From Sedimentisphaerales bacterium (lineage in GTDB: Bacteria > Planctomycetota > Phycisphaerae > Sedimentisphaerales > SM23-30): a stretch of 64,000 nt of DNA. The notes beneath the pieces are model-generated. The model was given only the letters and a program-made list of their open reading frames with translations. It ran no database searches and was not told the origin of the DNA. The position numbers and the translations under genes were made by a program. Shown here piece after piece: positions 41,001-50,997 of this stretch; within the stretch, counting starts at the first letter, position 1, and the number at the start of each line of letters is the position of its first letter. The stretch covers positions 64,001 through 128,000 of the forward strand of contig CAXXMR010000002.1 in NCBI GenBank assembly GCA_963663805.2, given 5' to 3'.

Positions 41001-41910
41001 CGTTCTTTAACGTGGGAACTGCGTCTGTTTGTTGTTTGTACAGCCTTATCATGGCCGAGGTTTTTCTTATGAAATAATTTTTAGGAAACATCTTGTTGAT
41101 CAGTTTCAAACAAGGTTCGTTGGCCAGTGCGAAAGCGAATTTTATTTTATCGGAAAAAATCAGTCGTTGTTTTATAGGTTCTACCCTCCAGCCCATTCGA
41201 CTCTTAAAATGATCCAGAGGCTGAGTTTCCTCTAAAGAGCCTAGCCCATAACAGATGCCTTTAAATTTATTTTCATTTAAATAGTACTGTCCGGCAGTAA
41301 AAGCCAGAGCATTGTTAGGATATTTATTGCGATATTCAGTTAATGTGTGATTGACAATCCATTCGCTCCATTTATCCTCTGCTTCAACTGCGACAAGAAA
41401 GCACACTAATCTGCCATCAATAAAAGCTCCCCATCCATCTACGCCTTCAACTTTCTGTGCGGCATTACAGTATTTGGTCCAATAGTCTTTGTCGCAATAA
41501 TAGCTTTCGCGTCCCTGCCGCTGAGCGGTGCTAATGTTTAATTCTAAACCATGTTCAGCCAAATAATCAAAATCAATCCGCTCAATAGTACAATTCTCCA
41601 AACCTCTTCTGGTTTGATTTCTTGCTTTTTGATGAAGACAGGACATGTTATAGCAACCAGTATTAGTATTTATCGTAATATTGCTAACAAATCCGAAGGA
41701 ATCCAATGGAGTCGGATATCGCACAGCCTTCAAGCCCTCTTTTTTTACCAATTCCCGAACTTTATTTTCATCCGGCCTGACAGTTTTATAATAAGGTATA
41801 GTCAGCAAAACCCCCGGCTGAACATCATACCAGAAAGCGCCGCCGCAATTATAGATGCGATGGCCCAAGGCGCTGAACAAATTTACCATGGGATTCACAT
41901 TCTGAGTCAT
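40993..41910 (-). CDS. GNAT/FemAB-like acyltransferase
   Basis: KARNQTRRG, PNNAL, LDHFKSRMG pattern; located in the polysaccharide locus. Confidence 0.55.
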   Translation of the reverse strand: MTQNVNPMVNLFSALGHRIYNCGGAFWYDVQPGVLLTIPYYKTVRPDENKVRELVKKEGLKAVRYPTPLDSFGFVSNITINTNTGCYNMSCLHQKARNQTRRGLENCTIERIDFDYLAEHGLELNISTAQRQGRESYYCDKDYWTKYCNAAQKVEGVDGWGAFIDGRLVCFLVAVEAEDKWSEWIVNHTLTEYRNKYPNNALAFTAGQYYLNENKFKGICYGLGSLEETQPLDHFKSRMGWRVEPIKQRLIFSDKIKFAFALANEPCLKLINKMFPKNYFIRKTSAMIRLYKQQTDAVPTLKNDD

Positions 41911-42503
41911 AATGAGGAATCCTTATTCAATTCATAGTTGTTGCGGTGATGCAATTCACCATACAAATAGTATTTTTGTTTTTCTACATCAGTTAATTTG
42001 AAATCATTATTTATCAATACCTTTTGTGAGCCGATGTTTTTATTGTAGGTCCAGGCCTTTAATTTTGTAAAACCCAATTCGGTAAAAGCAATATCTATGG
42101 CCATGGAAACAGCCTGTGACATATAGCCCTGTCCCCAGTAATCGGGGCCAATCCAGAAACCAATGTCAGCCACATGATGTTCTTTATTTATCCTGGTAAT
42201 CGAAACAATTCCAGCTACTTTGTTAGATGCTTTTTTTGCCTCAACTGCAAATCTAAATACACGTTTTTCCTCTATTCCAAAGATGGCCTTAAAGCCCATC
42301 GCCAGCGTTTTGTGGGCATATCGCAGTATTCTATGCGTGAGTTGAAATATCACATTGTTATGTTTAGCAGCAAGAGGTTCAGAAATCCATTTACCAACTT
42401 CTTTTCGACGAATGTTTTTGTAAACATCAATTGCATCCCAAATCCTCAAAGGTCTAAGCACCAATTTATCTGATTCTCGATGAAGTTCTTGCATTTCTCT
42501 CAC
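41907..42503 (-). CDS. RimJ/RimL-type GNAT acetyltransferase
   Basis: LVLRPL, IGFWIGPDYWGQGYMS, NIGSQKVL. Confidence 0.85.
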   Translation of the reverse strand: MREMQELHRESDKLVLRPLRIWDAIDVYKNIRRKEVGKWISEPLAAKHNNVIFQLTHRILRYAHKTLAMGFKAIFGIEEKRVFRFAVEAKKASNKVAGIVSITRINKEHHVADIGFWIGPDYWGQGYMSQAVSMAIDIAFTELGFTKLKAWTYNKNIGSQKVLINNDFKLTDVEKQKYYLYGELHHRNNYELNKDSSL

Positions 42504-42637
42504 TTTTCGACCACCTGCTGGAACACTTTGATAAAATTCTGTGTTCCGATATCAAAAGGCAAATACTCTTTACAAAATTCTCTGACATTCAATTCCATAT
42601 TTTTTATTTTATCAGCCCATATTGAAAACCATATCCG

Positions 42638-43879
42638 TTACTGATTGCAGATCAGTCGTTCATATTTATTGATAACACTAGCAGGAGAGAAAAACTTTTC
42701 GGCATATTCGCGTGCATTCAACCCGAAATCACAACACTTCAATTCATCATCAGCCAACTGCACAATACTATCAGCCAACGCTTGCGGGTTCTGTGGTGGA
42801 CACACCAAACCACAAGGTGCGCTGCTTATAAGTCGGGCGGTATCAGAATTTTCTGCAGCGGAGGCAATTACCGGCCGACCGGCGGCCATGTAACCTAATA
42901 CTTTACTCGGTACACTTGAAATCCCAGAATCCGGCAATAATGTCACCAAGCCAACATCAGCGGTCCCCTGGACTTCCTTTAGTCGACTATCCGGCTGAAA
43001 GGGCAAGAAACGAAGATTAGCAGTTCCGGCATCTCTTGCCATAGTTTCCAACTCTTTTTTTACAACACCTTCACCCACCACCAAAATAAGAATGTTTTTA
43101 CGATGCTCAAGAAGTTTGGCTGTTTCAACAAGAATTTGTGCACCACTAGTGTAACCAATTGTACCGGCAAAAAGAGCGACAAATGTTTCGGGGGGGATGC
43201 TCTGCTCGCGACGCCAAGGATTGTCGCGCGAGATAGGTTTGATTTTCTGCGTATCGATCCAAAATGGGATGACATCGACATTCCCGGGTGCAATACCGCG
43301 GGCGACGACCTCATCCTTCATACCCTGCCCCAAAACACTGATTGCATCGCTGCACCTGCAATTCAGAGTGTCAATTTTACGAATGATGCGATACAGCAGA
43401 TTATTCTTTATAAGTCCTGCATTTAAAATAGCCTCTGGCCAAAGGTCAAAGATTACGTTTACAAATCGCGCCCTCCACAAACGAGCCAGGGCCCAAGCTG
43501 TCCAAACGCCCATCAAGGGAGTAGAAAGGCAGACAACAACATCATGACGGCCAAGTGATAAACCATTGAGAAATGAACTAGCTGCAAAGGAGGCATAAAC
43601 TCCCATACGGCGAATCGGTGAACTTTTATCTGCTATCATCATTGCCACTCGCTGCACATTGTGCCGACCGTGACGCTCCATTTGTCGCCATTTTTGCTGG
43701 TAGCCTGGAAAAAGTTTTCCTTGAGGATGATTAGGCCAGCCTGTTTGTACCGTGACCTGATGGCCTTTATCAGTAAGGGCATCAGCCAACTCCCTAACCA
43801 TTATCCCGGCAGGAGCAACCTCGGGCGGATAGACATAACAAATAATTAGGATTTTCAAAGTCTTATATTCCCATTTCAC
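42638..43879 (-). CDS. GT4 glycosyltransferase (WbuB-like)
   Basis: YPPEV, PNHPQG, DLWPE, VPSKVLGYMAAGRP. Confidence 0.9.
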   Translation of the reverse strand: MKWEYKTLKILIICYVYPPEVAPAGIMVRELADALTDKGHQVTVQTGWPNHPQGKLFPGYQQKWRQMERHGRHNVQRVAMMIADKSSPIRRMGVYASFAASSFLNGLSLGRHDVVVCLSTPLMGVWTAWALARLWRARFVNVIFDLWPEAILNAGLIKNNLLYRIIRKIDTLNCRCSDAISVLGQGMKDEVVARGIAPGNVDVIPFWIDTQKIKPISRDNPWRREQSIPPETFVALFAGTIGYTSGAQILVETAKLLEHRKNILILVVGEGVVKKELETMARDAGTANLRFLPFQPDSRLKEVQGTADVGLVTLLPDSGISSVPSKVLGYMAAGRPVIASAAENSDTARLISSAPCGLVCPPQNPQALADSIVQLADDELKCCDFGLNAREYAEKFFSPASVINKYERLICNQ

Positions 43880-43970
43880 TCATAATTCTTTACGCATGAC
43901 TAATGTCCGGCTCCGCTACAGATGTTTCTGTTAGCTATGCTTTTGAGGTGTTTGAACAATTCTCTGGTTA

Positions 43971-45155
43971 TCAAGGTTGAGTATTTATAGTTTGTTCCAG
44001 ACAATTTATTGATAATTCAATATTCTTTTTTAAATCAAAGTATGTTATTGCCTTGTGACGTCCAATTTGGCCCAGGAATTCACGCTTGCTGGGATTGTCC
44101 AGCAGTAGTTGAATGCAAGCGACCAGTTCGTCATCAGCAAAAGGTTGGGCCAGATAACCGGTCTGGTCATTGTCGATTAATTCTCCCACCGCTTCAATAT
44201 CGAAGCCGACTACCGGTTTGCCACAGGCCATTGCTTCGGCTATTGTCCTGCCAAATGATTCCGTTTCTGAGGGATGTATTACTATATCCAGGCAATTGTA
44301 AATGTTTGCTACGTCAGTTCTGGGACCGGCCCATATAATATTATCTTCGATTTCATGTTTTTTTGCCAAGTGAGATAAATTTTCGACATACTTGTTTTCT
44401 TCTTTGAGATTGCTGTTTAAAACTCCTCCCACAATTACGCATTTAAGTTCAGGGTAATTAGGAACTAGCTTTGCCATCGCCTGAATTAAATGGTGAACGC
44501 CTTTGCGCGGCACAAGGTGGCATACAGTCCCAATGACTAAATGGTGCTCGTCAAGGCCCAATTCTTTCATTAAAGCTATATCTTTGGGGGTAGGCTTAAA
44601 AACATCGCAATTAACACCATTATAAATTTTATCACATTTCCACTCTGGTATCTTCAGAGACAAAAGCCGGTTAACGACAATCTGTGAGACGCCGATATAT
44701 TTATCAACCCACCGCTGTTGCAGTTTAAAAAAGACACGGCTGGCAATACCCAATTCTGAGAAACGAGCCCCCCTTACAATTACGATGGCTGGAATCCCTG
44801 CCTTGTGAGCAGCCCGCGGCATAAACAGCATGTTTTCAGAATTAATGCATAGCAAGTCGGCTTTTATATCTTGGAGTCGTTGAGTTAATCTTTTTGATAT
44901 CCGGAAAGAGTTATACAAGTAATTGATTAGACTAAAAGGATTTTTGAACCGGATGTTGACACCCAGATCAGGGATCGAATGTGTCTTCAAGTGGGGACTA
45001 TCAATTTTTATATCATCTGCCGTAGGCGCAAAAATATGTACTTCATGACCTCGACGTAATGATTCTTCTGCTAATTGACGCATACCAATGTTAGGGCCTA
45101 TAGTTTTGCCGGACCAGGGGTTCACAAATGCCAATTTGAGATAGGGATTAGACAT
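43971..45155 (-). CDS. GT4 glycosyltransferase
   Basis: IYNGV, RKG, PSETESFGRTIAEAMACGKP. Confidence 0.9.
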   Translation of the reverse strand: MSNPYLKLAFVNPWSGKTIGPNIGMRQLAEESLRRGHEVHIFAPTADDIKIDSPHLKTHSIPDLGVNIRFKNPFSLINYLYNSFRISKRLTQRLQDIKADLLCINSENMLFMPRAAHKAGIPAIVIVRGARFSELGIASRVFFKLQQRWVDKYIGVSQIVVNRLLSLKIPEWKCDKIYNGVNCDVFKPTPKDIALMKELGLDEHHLVIGTVCHLVPRKGVHHLIQAMAKLVPNYPELKCVIVGGVLNSNLKEENKYVENLSHLAKKHEIEDNIIWAGPRTDVANIYNCLDIVIHPSETESFGRTIAEAMACGKPVVGFDIEAVGELIDNDQTGYLAQPFADDELVACIQLLLDNPSKREFLGQIGRHKAITYFDLKKNIELSINCLEQTINTQP

Positions 45156-45208
45156 TAATTAATACGATCCTGATTTAAAACATTCACTGTTGCCGGTTTG
45201 TGTACATT

Positions 45209-46567
45209 CTAGACGACATAGCAATTCGGGAATTCATTACATTGCAGTTTGGGGTTAAGATCCTCTGGCATATTATACATTTCCTCTAGATATGCTGCCT
45301 CTTCCCGGCTGATCCGAAGAAGTCGCGTGCTCATAATGCTTATCAGTACACAAGAGGTACTGGCAACATTGCTGGGGGAGCATATTGCCCCCTCAAAAAA
45401 ACCTGCGGCGATGAAACCTAGACTGAAACCAATGAAAAGACGAGCCATATCACGAGTTTCATCGTCCCTTGCTTTAAAGAACAAAACTATAGATTGACCC
45501 GCTAAAACAATGTAAGCAAGCGAAAAAAGCCCTAGGCCTATTGGTCCGGCGGTTACCCATGCAAACAAATAAGCATTATGAAATGTTTGGGATCCAAAAC
45601 CCATCCCGGTAAATGGATTATTCAACGCCAACTCTAACCCCCTATGATAATCAATGTCTCTTTCTGTTAAATCTGTGCTAAAAAACCGCTCAGTGATAAA
45701 CTCGCTTTGCCTTGGGAGAATACTGACAATTAGCAAACATACTCCTGTCAGAAGAATCAATATCAGGATTGACTTCATCATGCGACGTATTCCAAAGCGT
45801 GACAATAAAGGAATACACGCGATCATTCCTGCAAATGTGCCTGTACGCTGGCCACTTAGCAGCAAAAACCCAAAAATACTAATAGTAAGAAATAGTCCTA
45901 ATATTCGTCTACTGTTTTTTGCTCGCAAAGAGAAAAACAAAACAAAGGGTAAAAGTGCCCCCCCGGTCAACACATACAACGGTGCCGACTCACCACCTGC
46001 CATGCCGCCAAATCTTCCTGCCTCACGAATGCTTGGCAATGCAATCAAACTCATTATTATATAAGCTATGGCAGCAATTACGAAAAGCGTAATTATCCTT
46101 CTTATATCGTCCCGCGTTTGAATAGTATTTGCTACGGCAACTGCCATCGGCCCGGTCATCACCAACATCAATCCAGCCCTCTGGATGCCGTAGGATGGAA
46201 TAGGAACGTTAAACGCCCCCATGATTGCCATAATTGAAAATAAGGATAGTAAAATAGCTGGCAACCCTGGATTTGAAATACCAAAAACTAAAGTTCCTCC
46301 CAAAAAAACCATGACCGTCCAACGGAGTAGTGTGCTGCCAGCATCCAACGCCTCTAGAGGATGCCCGGAAAACATTAATGCTACAACAAATATCGCTAAT
46401 AAAATTATGCGACGATTAAGTGCTGCCAGCAGCAGTAAGACAATTACAATAATTCCACCAAACATTACTGCCGTCCCACTGCCAGTTTGGGAAAGTTCGG
46501 CCATACGGCCAAAAAGGTCACTTCCTTCTAGGGCCAATAAATTCCTTGTCGTTATATTTAGCAACAT
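45209..46567 (-). CDS. Wzy polymerase / O-antigen ligase family protein
   Basis: Polytopic; SGQRTG, NPFTGMGFG, HNAYL. Confidence 0.75.
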   Translation of the reverse strand: MLLNITTRNLLALEGSDLFGRMAELSQTGSGTAVMFGGIIVIVLLLLAALNRRIILLAIFVVALMFSGHPLEALDAGSTLLRWTVMVFLGGTLVFGISNPGLPAILLSLFSIMAIMGAFNVPIPSYGIQRAGLMLVMTGPMAVAVANTIQTRDDIRRIITLFVIAAIAYIIMSLIALPSIREAGRFGGMAGGESAPLYVLTGGALLPFVLFFSLRAKNSRRILGLFLTISIFGFLLLSGQRTGTFAGMIACIPLLSRFGIRRMMKSILILILLTGVCLLIVSILPRQSEFITERFFSTDLTERDIDYHRGLELALNNPFTGMGFGSQTFHNAYLFAWVTAGPIGLGLFSLAYIVLAGQSIVLFFKARDDETRDMARLFIGFSLGFIAAGFFEGAICSPSNVASTSCVLISIMSTRLLRISREEAAYLEEMYNMPEDLNPKLQCNEFPNCYVV

Positions 46568-46597
46568 ATCACTTAGAACTCCCTGTCGTGTTTAGAC

Positions 46598-47851
46598 CTA
46601 CCTGCAATTCAATATTGCCTTAAGGATTGTCCGGTTGATAATTTCAACAAAACCCTTTCTAGATTTTGCACGCAGAAGGCAAGCTTGAGATACTTCCCAA
46701 AGAGCATTAGAAAAACGATCTAGCCCCCAGTTTGATATTATTTTTTTACCAGCTAGCCCCATTTGCTGCCTTTCTGGCTCTGGGGTACTGGTCATTCGGC
46801 AAAGAACCTGACTCATTTCTGCAATTGAAAAAGGATCAAACACCCAGCCGTTTTTTCCAGAAATCACCAAATCATGGTAACAGTGGCTTCTGTTACTTAC
46901 CAATACCGGAAGTGAAGCAGCCATGGCTTCGTTAACGACAAGCCCCCAGGTCTCGCGCACGCTTGGCAGCCAAAGAGCATTACATCGAGCGTAATATTCT
47001 GACAGTTGCTCAGTGTTAACGAATCCCGCAAGATGTACATGTTCTTTTAGAGAATAAAGCTGAATGTTTTTTTCTATCAGTTCTCGTTGTGGTCCATCAC
47101 CACATAGCACCCAGTGCCAAGCATCAGCTTTCATTTCACGTTGATAGGCAGCATATGCTTCTATTGCTAGCAGAAGGTTTTTCTCTGGAATAAATCGCGC
47201 AGGTGTAATTAAAAAGGGCTTCTTCAGCCAAAATACCGCTCGTTTACTGGCATCTGCTCTCAATGATTCTGCCGTTTGGCTGAAAAAGGTATTATCAACC
47301 ACATCGATTCCAACCTTGATTTGAGAATCAGGCATCCCTAATGTTTTTAAGTACTCAACAGAAGTTTTGCCTGCGGCAAGACCTCCATCGCAACATCCCA
47401 AAATTCGCCGCTTTACAAATTCCAGAGGCCAGCTACGAGGCCGGTCATCTACGCTACTGTCTGTCATAACAGCGACTCCACGTCGATTCTTTCTGCACCA
47501 ATCAATTGCTGCCAGCGTATCCCGTGACATCCAGCCTGTAACTATAACAACATCTGGTTTGTGTCGGTCAAGACTATCAACCACCGATTTTCGCATGGAT
47601 CCAGCTTTGATATCTTGCCAGCGTTTTGTTGGGAATAATGTCTCCCGCCGAAACCCATCATCGCCAACCTTCTCCCATAGAATGTAATTCTGCGTTTTAG
47701 AAGCGGTCTCTATCGCGATCAATTCAACATTCTTGTCTTGCAGGAATGTTGTTGCCTCGCGTAATCTGGCGCCATGATAAGGTCCAATCTGTAAGAGCAT
47801 TATCGCTATTTTGGCAGGTCTGTTTTTCATGTTTATTTGATGATTTGGCAT
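46598..47851 (-). CDS. GT4 glycosyltransferase
   Basis: GPYH, RFIPEKN, ETWGLVVNEAMAASLP. Confidence 0.9.
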   Translation of the reverse strand: MPNHQINMKNRPAKIAIMLLQIGPYHGARLREATTFLQDKNVELIAIETASKTQNYILWEKVGDDGFRRETLFPTKRWQDIKAGSMRKSVVDSLDRHKPDVVIVTGWMSRDTLAAIDWCRKNRRGVAVMTDSSVDDRPRSWPLEFVKRRILGCCDGGLAAGKTSVEYLKTLGMPDSQIKVGIDVVDNTFFSQTAESLRADASKRAVFWLKKPFLITPARFIPEKNLLLAIEAYAAYQREMKADAWHWVLCGDGPQRELIEKNIQLYSLKEHVHLAGFVNTEQLSEYYARCNALWLPSVRETWGLVVNEAMAASLPVLVSNRSHCYHDLVISGKNGWVFDPFSIAEMSQVLCRMTSTPEPERQQMGLAGKKIISNWGLDRFSNALWEVSQACLLRAKSRKGFVEIINRTILKAILNCR

Positions 47852-47870
47852 TCATTGTCCCTAGAGTGCT

Positions 47871-48368
47871 TTATCTTAAGCTTTTAATAATGCGAGCAGG
47901 CACCCCCCCTACCAGCACATTGGGCGGGCAACTTTGTGTAACAACGGCTCCGGCTGCGATAACAGCACCACATCCGATTTTCACCCCTCCCAACACAACA
48001 CTGCGTGCACCAATCCAAACACCGTTGCCGATCTCTATCGGCATACTTTTACCATTGCCTGCTCGTTGTTGACTTGCTCCCATTTCATGGCTTCCCACTA
48101 CTAGGAGACATTTTGGTGCAATATCGCAGTTCGTACCAATTCGAATGTGTGCTTTGGGAGAAGCGATTAACCAAGTATCGGGTCCGATCCAGGAATTAGA
48201 GCCAATTTCAACATTCTTATCTTCAAAAACAGCCTTACTGTGTACACGAACATTCTTGCCTATTTTTAAACCGGCTCTTCTCAGCAACCATCGCTTCAGG
48301 CCAAATAAACGTGTTCTAGGAACAAATCTCAATATTGCCATCATAAATAAAAATTTGATAGTCGTCAT
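47871..48368 (-). CDS. Hexapeptide-repeat O-acetyltransferase
   Basis: IGNGVWIGA, IAAGAVV, GGVPAR. Confidence 0.9.
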   Translation of the reverse strand: MTTIKFLFMMAILRFVPRTRLFGLKRWLLRRAGLKIGKNVRVHSKAVFEDKNVEIGSNSWIGPDTWLIASPKAHIRIGTNCDIAPKCLLVVGSHEMGASQQRAGNGKSMPIEIGNGVWIGARSVVLGGVKIGCGAVIAAGAVVTQSCPPNVLVGGVPARIIKSLR

Positions 48369-48477
48369 TCTCTTCTCAAATCAATGTTGAATTGCCCATA
48401 ATAGCCACTTGGTCTCTATCCTCTAATTGCCAAATATGTCTTTCTTGCAATAATGTAGTAAATGCTAAAGCAACTGT

Positions 48478-49503
48478 TCAACTTAATAGTATTCTGCGAG
48501 CATATTCTTTAAATCTTATGCTGGAAACTCGCGTAAGGAACAATCTGTCCACCAAGTAACACTGTGCTATCACCGCCAAAATTGGGACAACATAGATTAT
48601 TGGGAACAAAGTTAATGGGCCAATTTGTTTGAACCAGAAATTATGTATCCATAGTAATACCCAGTGCCAAAGATATAACCACATAGTATGAGAACCGACA
48701 AAGCGTACAAATCTACACCCTAATATAGCTACAATTCTGTCAGGAACAAATAAAAGGCCACCCATAAGCAAGGTGCTAATTGCCAGCGCATAACTAAAAT
48801 AACATATTCCCGGGGGAAACTTATCGAACTGAGTCCAAGGGAACGTGCCATAAGAATAGTGTTGCACAACAGCATGGATGCCAAAGAAAGTTCCGAAAGT
48901 CAGCACGTAAAAAAGCCACTCAATCCAGCTCATATCCCCAGAACGCATTCCATAAAATGCAATTGCACTGTATCCGATCAAATAAGGAATAACTAGGCCG
49001 ATCACTCGTATTGGAATCTCGCCTTCACCGTCCGGAAAAAAATGACGCGCATATTCATTAATTGCTAACCATGCAAAGAATACAGATGCAAATCTACCTG
49101 GGCTAGACACCTTTTTATACAACCGAATCAATGGAGGAGTAAACAATGCGGTGAGAAAAAATACGCGAATGATCCATACTCCAACTGGGCCGCTGAGCAA
49201 TGCAAAACTTCCGATGATATTTGCTGTGGGTACTGGATCCCAACAAGCCCTGATTGCTATAAATATCACTAGGAAAATCCATGTCGGAATCACCAAGCGA
49301 ATGAAGCGATCAATTACATATTGCCTGTATGGGCGGGGTCGCGAGAAACGCATAGCGCAAAACCCACCAACCATTACCAGCAGCGGCACGTCGAAATTGC
49401 GCAATTGAAACGCAAGGTTATCAGCTTTAATTCCACAATGAGCAAATATTACAGCTGTTATTCCGACAAATCGCAAAATATCTAGTCGACAATCTCTTTC
49501 CAT
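48478..49503 (-). CDS. Acyltransferase-3 family membrane O-acyltransferase
   Basis: LDILRF....VIFAH, FDVPL, RFIRLVIP, LYLWH. Confidence 0.85.
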   Translation of the reverse strand: MERDCRLDILRFVGITAVIFAHCGIKADNLAFQLRNFDVPLLVMVGGFCAMRFSRPRPYRQYVIDRFIRLVIPTWIFLVIFIAIRACWDPVPTANIIGSFALLSGPVGVWIIRVFFLTALFTPPLIRLYKKVSSPGRFASVFFAWLAINEYARHFFPDGEGEIPIRVIGLVIPYLIGYSAIAFYGMRSGDMSWIEWLFYVLTFGTFFGIHAVVQHYSYGTFPWTQFDKFPPGICYFSYALAISTLLMGGLLFVPDRIVAILGCRFVRFVGSHTMWLYLWHWVLLWIHNFWFKQIGPLTLFPIIYVVPILAVIAQCYLVDRLFLTRVSSIRFKEYARRILLS

Positions 49504-49577
49504 AATTGTTACTTATAAAAAAATTATGCTAGGTCTTAAATTACAGTATAGTTATGAAAAAATCCGCTAGCCTTGTC

Positions 49578-50963
49578 TTATAAGCTTGCATTGTTTTTCA
49601 TCCACTGCCAAGCAAGTGTGGGATAAATCCAGGCACACGTTAGGAGCAGACTGGCTAACATTGCTATGATCGCACCATTAGAACCCCACACTTTAGTTAT
49701 GGGATAGATCGCAGCACCCAACATTAAGGTCTGCGCAACTAATGACAAAGATATCGAGCGAATTCGACCCACACCAACAACAAAAGAATTAAAAACCTGA
49801 ACCCAGGCGTAAGCAACGGTAAAAACAGCGAATCCTGCAACCAAACCTCTGCTAATGCTTAACTCTTTTCTCGCAATCAATTCAAAGCCCCATTCACCTG
49901 CAATTACAGGAGCGGCAACAGCCACCACCGAGGCTGCGATACACAGAACCAAAGTACGACGCAACGTTAGTTTCATCCAAACATAGTCGCCTTTTTCGTT
50001 TGCTTCAGCGTACGCAGGCCAAAGAGGGCCGACGACTATGCCCACAACAAATCTTAGGTAACAGAACACTCTCTCTACAATGGCAAATGGTGCTACCACA
50101 GCAGCCCCTAGAGTATGCGCAATAGTCAAACGAGGTAGTGCTTCTTGGATGGCTACAGCTATTTGCATGACAAGAAACCACCCACCAACAGAAGTTACTG
50201 ATTTTGCGGTTGTCCAACTAAAATAGCGGATCGATGGCCTAATCTTTGGATGGCCACGCCAGAATAAGTGTACTCCATTACACAAGTCACTTAATATCGT
50301 GCCACTCATGAAAAAACCCACTAAGGCAGGCATATTTAATTTCAACTTTATACCTAAAAACATTAATATTAAACCCAAAACCGAACCACCACTTCGCCAT
50401 ATATTATTGATGTACTCCTCCTGATATGCTTTGTGAGTTGCCCGCACAATATTAAGTGCAAAATCCACAGAATAAAGGACAACAACCACTGTCATGGTCG
50501 GCCCAGATTCAAGGCGAGCTAAAGAAGAAGTTGCGCCGAATATTCGCCCCCAATCCAAAAACAAATTCGCAACCTCGAAGATACTAAGAATGATAGCGGA
50601 TACACACAATAGAGAAATAGATACACTGGTTACAAGTTTTCTTGCTTGCTCATTATGCTCTGTTTCTCGGAGTGCAGACAATTGACTAATCAACCCATTT
50701 CCTAACCCCAGATCCGTCACGCGAATTATCTGGACAGTGCCAACTATGGTCATCCAAATGCCAAATCGCTCATCTCCCAAGTAGGTTAAAGCGAGAGGTA
50801 TAGATACCAGCCCTATAATAACCATCAAGAACCGATTGCCAGCAGCTGACAGCGCTGTTCGGGCTGCACGACGATAACGGTCTTGGCTACGACCTGCGGC
50901 CGTGGAAAGATCGGGCTGTGGCGAAAAAACTAACTTACTAAGCTGTTTAATTCGTGAGATTAT
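49578..50963 (-). CDS. wzx: Wzx-type polysaccharide flippase
   Basis: YLGDERFGIW, DLGLGNG, PLWPAY. The frame is open upstream of the track start (50828) to an ATA at 50963 behind AAGGAG. Confidence 0.8.
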   Translation of the reverse strand: MISRIKQLSKLVFSPQPDLSTAAGRSQDRYRRAARTALSAAGNRFLMVIIGLVSIPLALTYLGDERFGIWMTIVGTVQIIRVTDLGLGNGLISQLSALRETEHNEQARKLVTSVSISLLCVSAIILSIFEVANLFLDWGRIFGATSSLARLESGPTMTVVVVLYSVDFALNIVRATHKAYQEEYINNIWRSGGSVLGLILMFLGIKLKLNMPALVGFFMSGTILSDLCNGVHLFWRGHPKIRPSIRYFSWTTAKSVTSVGGWFLVMQIAVAIQEALPRLTIAHTLGAAVVAPFAIVERVFCYLRFVVGIVVGPLWPAYAEANEKGDYVWMKLTLRRTLVLCIAASVVAVAAPVIAGEWGFELIARKELSISRGLVAGFAVFTVAYAWVQVFNSFVVGVGRIRSISLSLVAQTLMLGAAIYPITKVWGSNGAIIAMLASLLLTCAWIYPTLAWQWMKNNASL

Positions 50964-50997
50964 ACCAAATCTCCTTAGACATAAAAAATATGATCGC

